From Thainema sp. (lineage in GTDB: Bacteria; Cyanobacteriota; Cyanobacteriia; Phormidesmidales; Phormidesmidaceae), in the NCBI GenBank assembly GCA_052168235.1, contig JBQLZK010000055.1, positions 1 through 52,094 of the forward strand: 52,094 nucleotides of DNA. Reading direction: 5' to 3'. This document shows positions 36,600-45,150 of the stretch, piece after piece. A program made the position numbers and the translations under genes. Positions within the stretch are counted from its first letter, which is position 1. Every line of letters begins with the position of its first letter. The notes beneath the pieces are model-generated. The model worked only from the letters and a program-made list of their open reading frames with translations, did not search any database and had not been told where the DNA came from.

Positions 36600-38765
36600 T
36601 TACACAACCCATATCTCACCTCCTTCGCGCCTGAATCGGTGGGCAAGGGTGTCAATCAGCAACGCTGACTGACCAAATGCCACTGAGTAGGGCGCGTTGG
36701 CGTCATGGATACTGTTCGCATCGCTAATGGGATAAATCTGAAAGTGCATGGGTAACTGTAACCGCAACCGCACCTCTCGCACTGGCTTGCGCAGCACGTA
36801 ACAAACTAGAGCTTGCTTTTTCAATCGCTGGTTAATCGCACTGGCCCAAGGATTATCCGGTTGCCAGACCTGTAGGCCGAGTAACACCTGTACTTTGTAG
36901 GCATCGGCAATGGGCTGGAGATCTCCGGGGTAGGTAAACTTCCAGTTCAAGCGCTCTTCCCGATCGCTCCGCAGTTTCATAAAGCCCAGGCAATGCTTGA
37001 AGCGGCCTTTGGCAATGGGCTGCCCGGTGCGCTTTGCCGTTTCGTCGAGCATGTCGAGAAAAGCCGTTTTGCTCCACATCTCGATCTCTAGGTTGCTGAG
37101 CACACCGGGAAGGTCGTAGGTTTTGAAACGATCGCGCTCATTAGCTTCAGTTAAGTCATACAGACCGCACTGTAGTGGACTAGACCCGCGAAAGCTTCTA
37201 GCGTCTTCAGCAATGGGATTACCTGTTTTTTGTCCCGACAGAATTTGCCATTCCTCAGCCCAACCTTTGACCCGTCCAAACACTTGACCAAATCGAGCCT
37301 CAAAAACCTGCTCGCAAGCCTGTTGAAACTTCTGGACAGAACCTTCGTATTGAGACTTCACTCCAGGGTGAGAGAGCTGTCGTCCCAAAGAAACCGATTG
37401 AACGGCACCCCAGCGTTTGTAATAGCCCTCAAAGTTATTAATCTGACGATATTTTTCACGGATGAGATTTTGGAAGTGGATGCGATCGCACACTTCCCCA
37501 TTCGTCAAAACGGCTTCATCCCCTGCGAACAGCCGCTCCACAAAGAAGTTCGGCACCAACGCATAGGCTCTAAAGCCATCAAACGAACCGCCTTGAATAT
37601 TTTTGTCATGTCGGCCCAATCGGCCCAATCGCTGGATGAAGTTGCCTGCATCCGAGGACTCAAAAATTAGAAAGTTGATCTTGAAATCCACCCCCACATC
37701 AATAGTGCTGGTACCAACCACCAGATCAGCCGCCAGGGATTCAGCTTTTTCCTGCCCTCCAGACAGACCGGTATTTTCCCGAACCGTAAGGCCATGCTGG
37801 GCAAAGCATTCTCGAAAAGCAGGCGTCAGACGCTTCACCGCTGCAATGGAATTGAGGATAATAGCTCCCTTGCTGCCGGGGTGTTCCAGAAATTGGTTGA
37901 GAATGGATTCCTGATTCTCCTTTAGCCAGGTTTCAGAGGCTTTGGACGTTGGTTCCATTGGCACAAAGGTCAGGTCAATGGATCGCGCCACCTGTCGCCA
38001 ATGCTCTGCCTGTAAAGCCTCTGCTTCAGCCTGAGTCTCGGGAAATTGGTACTTGCCTTCATCAGTGGGATTAATGATTCGACAGCGCAACCCCGCCTTG
38101 TCCAAACGCTTCAACAGCGAATCGCTAGGAGTAGCTGATAGAAACAAAAACTTCTTTCGCCGATTGGTTGCTTGAATCAATAGCATCGTATTCAAGACGC
38201 TGGCAACCTGGGGCGCAGCAAAAACGTGAAATTCGTCAAAGATGAACAGATCGAAGTCCTTGTCGATGCGATTCCAGAGCTTGTCAGGAGTATCCTTACC
38301 CGTCAGATAAGCACCCCGATGGAGGTAATGAAAAATGTCGGGGTTGGTGATGAGGACTTCTGATTGCCCCGCGCGGGATGCGATCGCGCTGCCCTTCCGC
38401 AAACCCTCATTCTCCGAGTAAATTTCAAGCTCAGGCCCACTTAAACGATTTACCCTGGGCTCATTCGGCGGCTGAAAGTCATCAACGTAGCTTTGAACCT
38501 GGTTCTCTTGATCAGCGGCTAGAGCATTGGTGGGATAAAGGGCGACTGCATGACAATCTCCCTGCAAAATATCTAGATAAGCGGCAAGGCTCTTGCCATC
38601 TCCTGTCATCGCAGTATTGAAGATCACGTCAATACTGGAATCTCGCAAAGCCTTCCAGGTTTCAAGCTGATGCCACGAAAGTTTCCAGCCTTCAGGCAAG
38701 GAAAGCGCTGCTGGAACTTCTGAGGCTGGACAGGAATAAACAGGTTTTAGTTGGATTGAATACAT
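36600..38765 (-). CDS. cas3: Type I-D helicase Cas3' (no HD domain)
   Basis: TAMTGDGKS, DEFH, SATP and QRLGRLGRH SF2 motifs. Confidence 0.94.
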   Translation of the reverse strand: MYSIQLKPVYSCPASEVPAALSLPEGWKLSWHQLETWKALRDSSIDVIFNTAMTGDGKSLAAYLDILQGDCHAVALYPTNALAADQENQVQSYVDDFQPPNEPRVNRLSGPELEIYSENEGLRKGSAIASRAGQSEVLITNPDIFHYLHRGAYLTGKDTPDKLWNRIDKDFDLFIFDEFHVFAAPQVASVLNTMLLIQATNRRKKFLFLSATPSDSLLKRLDKAGLRCRIINPTDEGKYQFPETQAEAEALQAEHWRQVARSIDLTFVPMEPTSKASETWLKENQESILNQFLEHPGSKGAIILNSIAAVKRLTPAFRECFAQHGLTVRENTGLSGGQEKAESLAADLVVGTSTIDVGVDFKINFLIFESSDAGNFIQRLGRLGRHDKNIQGGSFDGFRAYALVPNFFVERLFAGDEAVLTNGEVCDRIHFQNLIREKYRQINNFEGYYKRWGAVQSVSLGRQLSHPGVKSQYEGSVQKFQQACEQVFEARFGQVFGRVKGWAEEWQILSGQKTGNPIAEDARSFRGSSPLQCGLYDLTEANERDRFKTYDLPGVLSNLEIEMWSKTAFLDMLDETAKRTGQPIAKGRFKHCLGFMKLRSDREERLNWKFTYPGDLQPIADAYKVQVLLGLQVWQPDNPWASAINQRLKKQALVCYVLRKPVREVRLRLQLPMHFQIYPISDANSIHDANAPYSVAFGQSALLIDTLAHRFRREGGEIWVV

Positions 38766-39043
38766 GGACTATCAGACTCCTAACACCTGCGCCAACTCTT
38801 CTCGCATCGTCGTGACATCAACCTCCTACCATTACTCCCAAAAGCACACTGCATATCCGCTAATCCGCAACAAAGCCTTTGAAAACACCAAACTCCGCGA
38901 TCAGGATTTACGTTCCTTCGTAAACTTAGATTGGTAAGCATTTAGTGTGCGCATTTCGTTGTATGAACTCATAATGGCAAGGATAATAGAGTTGAGCAAC
39001 AGATAAACGCATGAAGTGTGCGCACAAATAGTCAAGAATCACT

Positions 39044-39919
39044 ATGCCTCGTAAACGGTCTTCCTTTAATCTCTCCATTGCCGATCACGAAAAAGCTCGG
39101 CTGGAGCAGCTTGCACTGGAATTTGGTCAAACTTGGGGAGATAATCCCAATGTTTCAAAACTTATAAAAGCGATCGCAAGAGGCCAGTTGCGGATTGCGG
39201 TTAACAACAATTGGAGTCCAGAGCGAATCAATACACTGGTTCGTATCTTTGGCTGGCTAAAAGATACTGACCAAACCAGTGATGCCCTAGAAGTCGCAAA
39301 CCTACTGCTAGAGCGCAGCGAACTCAATATTCCGCTCCGCCATGAACTTCAAGCATGGGTCGATCGACCCAGCGCACCTTGGCGAATAGATCTGGATTGC
39401 TGTATTCGCCAGCAACGCCCCTTCCGAATTGCCTATCAGGATGCGGCTGAACGTCTGTGGAACTTCACTATTCGTCACGCCATGATTCAGCGTCATGAAG
39501 AGCGGCAATACCTTGACTGCTGGTGCGATGAAACCGAGGGCAATCAAGATGTTGAAGCCCTCCAGCATAACTGGTCACTCCGCCTCGATCGCATTCCTGA
39601 AGAAGCCGTGATTGCTCGTGCAGAAGGTCACTGGCAACCCGAACTCAACTATATCGAAGTTGAATTCCATCTGCTCAATGGCTTGGCGTTGGGCTACCGC
39701 TCCAAAACGAAGGCCGACATCATCAACGACTGGATGCCTGAGCAAAACATCCGGCGTGTTGTTCGACGAATTTACAACACCTTCTGGTTCTTCCGCGAAG
39801 TGCGCCGCTATGGAGCCGATTGCGTATTGATCGGGCCAGAGGATGTGTGCGAGCGTTACAAACAAGACTTAATTAAAAATATTACCCAATATGGGTTCTC
39901 AGTCCTTCAGGTAAATTAA
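39044..39919 (+). CDS. WYL-domain transcriptional regulator of the type I-D locus
   Basis: N-terminal ribbon-helix-helix-like segment, YLDCWC...NWSLRLDRI WYL motif; divergent from cas3. Confidence 0.88.
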   Translation: MPRKRSSFNLSIADHEKARLEQLALEFGQTWGDNPNVSKLIKAIARGQLRIAVNNNWSPERINTLVRIFGWLKDTDQTSDALEVANLLLERSELNIPLRHELQAWVDRPSAPWRIDLDCCIRQQRPFRIAYQDAAERLWNFTIRHAMIQRHEERQYLDCWCDETEGNQDVEALQHNWSLRLDRIPEEAVIARAEGHWQPELNYIEVEFHLLNGLALGYRSKTKADIINDWMPEQNIRRVVRRIYNTFWFFREVRRYGADCVLIGPEDVCERYKQDLIKNITQYGFSVLQVN

Positions 39920-39956
39920 ACCTTCAAGCTGCTCCTGCATTTGTATAGCCTACATG

Positions 39957-40242
39957 GCCATCCAATAGTAATGGAGCAATTTGGCCAGTAGACACAAAAC
40001 ACAATCATGAAAGCTAGTGCAGACAAGCATTTCCAGACTTCACTCTTTCTTATGCGCTGTCTCCTTAAAGAGTAATCTTTGATGATCCTCTACTGTTCGA
40101 TCTTGAACCATTAATGGAACAGTTCATTCCCCCGAGCCTCTATTTGTAAGGCTTTCAGGATATTCTCTAATAACAACTCAAATACTGTAAATGGGACAGT
40201 TATTCTTCTGCTAGCCAAATTGCTCTATTACTATTGGATGGC
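39957..40242. mobile_element. MITE-like non-coding element with 36-bp terminal inverted repeats
   Basis: gccatccaatagtaatggagcaatttggccagtaga (39957-39992) matches the reverse complement of 40207-40242 with 3 mismatches. Confidence 0.7.
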
Positions 40243-40614
40243 TTATAGCAACCGAACCAAAACGGACGCTAAGCTGTCCAGTTTTGTGGACAGAGCCAGC
40301 GCAACGCCCTGTGCAAAAAGTTTTTTGTTGAATAGGTGACTAGCTGGATCCGCGTGCGCATCTGAACAGAAAGTTACGGTTTCGTCTGAAACTCCTTCAA
40401 AATAAGGGCTTCAAAGCCAGTCGTTTCTCCTGAGTATTTGCTGGACTATGCAGGCTTACCCAGCATCCCAAGTGAGATCGCACCCAAAACCCGCTACGGC
40501 TGAGCCTTTTGGCGCTATCACTCACTAAACGACCAGGACATCGGCCTAGCGGTAATAGACATACGCAGCGCAGATGCTTACGATCGGCAGTAGCGACTCT
40601 AAAATTCACGCTCA

Positions 40615-41088
40615 ATGCCCCCAACACTGAATGAATCCCTTTCCCTCGAAATTTCTGAACAAATTGAAAGCAAAGCAGGCGCTCCCTTTGACAACACCCA
40701 TCGAGCTGTGCTGACAATGACTGGAGCCACCTACGTCCAAGGGTTTGTGGTTGTTAATAATGGGCAGTATGAGCCTATCGAACACGCCTGGATTGAACTG
40801 GGTGAAGATATTATCGACCCGACGCTACCGCATATAAACAAGACCCGACAAGAAATCTACTACTTTCCCGCCCAAAGCCTCAGCATCAAGGCATTAAAAG
40901 CTTCTATTGAAGAGGCCAAGGAAGATTACCCAGACGATCCTCCACTGCCGATTTACGGTGCTCCGCCTTACGAGTATTACGGTGACGTGATGCTAGGGGG
41001 AAAAAGCTACGTGAATGCTTATCAAGCAGCCGAATTAAAGAGCAGAGAACTCAAGGCAGCTAGAGCAGAACGCAAACAAAACCCCTGA
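40615..41088 (+). CDS. Hypothetical protein
   Basis: 157-aa ORF with YVQGF...PIEHAWIE...IIDPTL, a possible transglutaminase-like H/D remnant. Confidence 0.7.
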   Translation: MPPTLNESLSLEISEQIESKAGAPFDNTHRAVLTMTGATYVQGFVVVNNGQYEPIEHAWIELGEDIIDPTLPHINKTRQEIYYFPAQSLSIKALKASIEEAKEDYPDDPPLPIYGAPPYEYYGDVMLGGKSYVNAYQAAELKSRELKAARAERKQNP

Positions 41089-41374
41089 TGTTGTCAAATC
41101 ATTTTGTTGCTGGCATAGGCCTATGCGGCGATTGGATGAGATGGTTTCAGAGTTCCTATCGATTCTGATGATGCTGCACCGGATAAGGCGCAGGATGTTG
41201 AGCAGTGCTGAGTGTGGTATGCCGCTCTCAGTGCCGGATGGTGTTCCAACTCATTAAGAATTATAGTAAGGTTTGCGGCGCGACAGTTTGCAACAATTGG
41301 TTGTGAAATAATCCCAACTCAAATGCTTATTTGGCTGGGGTCACCTCGGCACCATCTTTGGAGGGCTGCTGCTT

Positions 41375-42442
41375 GTGTTTAACCTGAAATTGTTGTGTTG
41401 CGGGACAATTGTCATTTCCCCCGTGTTCGTGGAGCCTGTTGCCGCTGCCACCTTTGAGTATGGGGAAACCGCAGCTCAGGAAACCTACTACCTTTCTGCC
41501 GAACTAGCTGGCCGCAGCGTCGGCTCTGCTCAGGAAGCCAACACTGTGCAGTACCTCAGCAATCGCTTGGTAGAGCTAGGTTACACCCCAATCCTGCAAC
41601 CCTTTACCTACGATTTTCAGGGCACCCTCCTGACCTCCTATAACGTGATTGCTGAACGGCAGGGCACCTCTAATAAACACATCATCCTCGGGGCCCACTA
41701 CGATACTGCCCCTAGCAGCGCCACTTTAGATCGTTCAGCCCTGGAAGGCACCAATGACAACTCTTCTGGGGTCGGTGTACTGTTGGAGCTTGCTGAACGG
41801 CAGGCGCTAGATCCCACTGTGACTAGCAAGTTTGTCTTCTTTGGAGCCGAGGAAATTGGCCTCGTGGGCTCGGAGTTTTACGCCAACTCCCTCTCAGAGA
41901 CGGAAATTGCCAATAGCCTGTTTATGCTCAACCTCGACAGCCTGGTGTTTGGCGATTTCATGTATTTCAATGCCGGAAGAGGAGCGACGGATAACCCAGA
42001 TTGGTTTGAGTACCGCGACCTAGCACTAGAAATTGCCGCCGAAAATGGCATTGATGCCCGCACCAATCCGGGTCTAAACGAGTTTTATCCGGCCGGAACC
42101 GGCTGCTGTAGCGACTTAGAATCCTTCGACTTCTTGATGCCAGTACTGGCTGGAGAAGCGACTAACTGGAGTATCGGCGATCTCGATGGTTACACCCAAA
42201 CCGCCGATCCCCGCGTTCCCAATGGCCGCACCTGGCACGACCCGGCCACAGATAACCGAGCGTTTATCAATGAGATTTTCCCTGGGCTGATTGAGGAGCG
42301 CACTCGCGACTATACCCTCGTGCTGGACAAACTCATCGGAGAGGTAAATGCCAGCTATGCTTCTGTGCCGGAACCAACAAGCACCTTGGCGTTCGTGTTG
42401 GTAGCAGCGGGAGGTGGCCTACTGATGCGTCGACGTGTTTAG
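41375..42442 (+). CDS. M28-family aminopeptidase with PEP-CTERM sorting signal
   Basis: GAHYD, NDNSSG, GAEEIGL.GS, NLD and WH zinc ligands; VPEPTS + TM helix + RRR tail. Confidence 0.9.
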   Translation: MFNLKLLCCGTIVISPVFVEPVAAATFEYGETAAQETYYLSAELAGRSVGSAQEANTVQYLSNRLVELGYTPILQPFTYDFQGTLLTSYNVIAERQGTSNKHIILGAHYDTAPSSATLDRSALEGTNDNSSGVGVLLELAERQALDPTVTSKFVFFGAEEIGLVGSEFYANSLSETEIANSLFMLNLDSLVFGDFMYFNAGRGATDNPDWFEYRDLALEIAAENGIDARTNPGLNEFYPAGTGCCSDLESFDFLMPVLAGEATNWSIGDLDGYTQTADPRVPNGRTWHDPATDNRAFINEIFPGLIEERTRDYTLVLDKLIGEVNASYASVPEPTSTLAFVLVAAGGGLLMRRRV

Positions 42443-42610
42443 TGATAGCTTTCCTATCACTCAGCAGAACTGGCTTTATGTAGGACAGCAAATCTGCGAT
42501 CGCGCCGATGTTGCTTTGATGTAGTAGGAACAGAGCAAGAAAGCCGATATCGATCAGGATTTGCCCAACGATTAGGATTTTCAGCCAGCGGGGGATTTGG
42601 CCTATGTATA

Positions 42611-43290
42611 GACACTGTTGGCGAACTAGGATGGCAGCAATCAAGCAGGTTCTAGCGCCTTAAATCGAGACACTCTCGTTTTGGCCAATGGTACGTTCTG
42701 GAACCAGTTGAAGAGCCGATCAATATTAATGGCAGCGCCGATAGCCATGTTCTGTAAGTGCGTCTTAGCCAGACCCATATAGCGATAACGTCGTAGCCCG
42801 CAGCTGGTAACGGCTTGAGCAATCGTACTCTCGATGCCAGCACGGCGACGATAACGCTCCTAGCCTTCGGTTGCCGTTTGTACCAATCGGGCTTTTTCTA
42901 ACGCCTCGTATTCGGCTTGTGGCAGCAGATGGAGTGTACGGCCAGCGGTTGGCTTAGCTTTGGTACAAAGCGAGCGAACCGGGCAATCAGCACAGTCTTG
43001 AGTGCCAAATCTAGTCAGGATATAGGGTTTACCGGAATCTTGCGGGCAGGTTACCTGTTCGTTTTCCCAATCAATCTCGAAGTGGTTCAAGTTGAAGGCC
43101 CCTTCAGTGCGCGTTTGCCAACTGGTATCAAGGCGTGCTGGCCCAACCATCTCAATGCCTTGACTCTGTGCATTCACTAGCAGGAACGCATTAACATAGG
43201 CTGTATTGGCAAAGTGCTCCTTGGGCCGAAGATGCTTGCCGATTAGCGCCTGGTGAATGTGAACACGACTCCTGCATCTGTTAGCTGTTG
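42611..43290 (-). pseudogene. IS1182-family transposase 3' remnant
   Basis: F.IDWE...VTCP, CxxCPVRSLCT, then after a stop YRRRAGIESTI.Q.V...GLRR.RY.GLAKTHLQ; frame ends at 42641. Confidence 0.8.
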
Positions 43291-43478
43291 CAATGCAGGC
43301 GATCCAACCTTACTCTGCAAGGGGTTGAGCGATACCAGCAAAATGACTGGACTAGAAATGGACTGATTTTTCTAAATGGCCACAAATTTGAAACGAGAAA
43401 TCAGGAGTTTCAAATTTGTGCCAGGTTTTCGGATTTGGATGGTTTAGTCCACCAGTTGTCTCTAGAGTAGTAAAACTG

Positions 43479-44379
43479 GATTGTGCCTCAGCAAAGTGTG
43501 GGATAGGTCACCAAATCTTGCCACGTCCAAGGATGCGCTGTCAGCCCTGCCCGTTGTGCAGCAGTATTCTTGAACCGAGAGTGTTGCCAAATCCAGTTGA
43601 AGTAACTGACGACCAGCCGCAAGGTGACAGCGCTCTGCTGCCAGACTTTGCCGAATTTATTCTGTCGCCGATGCCACCGTCCGGTCTGTTGACGCAGGAT
43701 TCCATTGCTCCGTTCTAACCGCTGCGTTAGAGCTTTGCTGACTTCATGGGTAACCTTGTCGGGTAACTGGCGAGCATATCCGTCCCAACCGTCTGTTTGC
43801 CATCGGTGGCAGGCGGTTTTCCCTTCCGTGTTGACCACTAATGCCTGGGCTAACTCATCGGTGTGTTTTCCGATGCGACCACTGAGCAATAAACCACTGT
43901 CCTTCGCTAGACTTAAGGCCACCCAGCAGTCCCCTATCGTTAACTCGCTGGGTTCACAGTGCTTCTGCTTTTTTTCACAAAAGACCATAGCTCATCGGCA
44001 TTGATCACCTCAGTGTCCACTGCCTGTACTTCCCCATTGTGAATCAGTTGCCCTTTCTGACTGGCGGCTCGAATGACACTGACACAGGTGTTGTAAGCTA
44101 CCCCAGCGATGCGTGAGAGCCCCCGCAGACTGCTCCCTTCGCTATGGGATTGGAGAATTGTATCAACCGTTGCCGGGGAAATCTGACGGCGATAGTAGAG
44201 GGTATCAAAGGTCTCGCTAAAGGTTTGTTGGCAGTGGGGGCAACGGTAACGTTGGGAACCTTTACTGGTTTTGCCGTGCTTGTGGGTCTTCGGATGACCG
44301 CATAGAGGACATTCCATCGGGGGCAGTAGAATTCAACTTCTCTAGGTTTAGCAAACCCACACTTTATTGATGCACAACC
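43479..44379 (-). mobile_element. IS1-family insertion sequence (insA 43940-44317, insB 43488-43988, -1 frameshift)
   Basis: CPLCG..KHGK..GSQRYRCPHC zinc finger plus HTH; DELWSFV and TDGWDGY DDE motifs; A7G slippery site at 43969-43975; TIRs GATTGTGCCTCAGCAAAGTGTGGG / GGTTGTGCATCAATAAAGTGTGGG. Confidence 0.92.
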
Positions 44380-44949
44380 GTTTATCCTTCGAGATTCACT
44401 CGATGCTAGAAGACGAAAGGGTATTTTCGTCACCTAGACAGCGCTATTGGATGGTCTCATTCGGTATTGCCAGCTGCGGTATGGATGGTGCCCAAAATGC
44501 TGATACCGTACTTAAGAAGAGCGAAGTGGCGATTTTACGCTTGAGAGGTGGCAGACGGTAACTCGGCGATGGCGTTCAAAACCAAAAGCTTTTGCAAGTT
44601 CTATGGGGCTTTGGGTGCCGAGAGGGGGAAGAGATGCAGCAGAGGATGGGTAAGATTGGCCGTGATAGATGACTCGCATAGCGGGGGCTGCTTGGGGAGA
44701 TCAAATGGTTTCCTGTCCGTTTCCTATGCTTCACGGCCAGCCTGAATATTCTCTGATCCCGTTCTGAAGATTATTTAAGGGGTCGATGAGAAACCTGAGT
44801 GCTGATTCAGCACAAAATCAGGAATGGTGAACGCCGCTAGCAGTTGCGATCGCACTTTTATGAGAGCGGCAAACCTGCGATCGCACCTCCACCCATCACC
44901 AAGCTCACCTCAGCCTAATCTTCGTGATTGGGCTTTTTAGTTGGGAAGG

Positions 44950-45073
44950 TGCGATCGCACAACAGGCCCAAATGACTATCTAGCCGACAATTTATACCAT
45001 TTATTCGTGTTACTTTTCTCTGAGTCATTAAAGTAACACGAATAAAATTGTGACGCTAAAAGTGCGATCGCAC
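44950..45073. repeat. HIP1-bounded ~120-bp element, copy B, with perfect 17-bp inverted repeat (45000-45016 / 45030-45046)
   Basis: TTTATTCGTGTTACTTT-N13-AAAGTAACACGAATAAA between two GTGCGATCGCAC sites. Confidence 0.85.
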
Positions 45074-45150
45074 TCTCGACCCATCCGCTCCCTCTTTCAG
45101 CGGTCTCGCTATGATTGAGCAAGCCCCCTCTATGACTCATCCTGCTCCCA

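Noticed and set aside
21895..39919. Type I-D CRISPR-associated transposon (CAST)
   Set aside because: No tnsA/B/C or tniQ and no recognisable Tn7 ends; cas3', the Cas10d HD motif and adaptation genes are present, so this is a canonical defence locus
41375..42442. Parallel with E. coli iap lying next to CRISPR
   Set aside because: It is about 17 kb from the array and separated from the cas genes by mobile DNA; probably coincidence
44380..44750. Short ORFs next to IS1, including minus-strand MRVIYHGQSY...
   Set aside because: Short and interrupted; no family could be assigned with confidence
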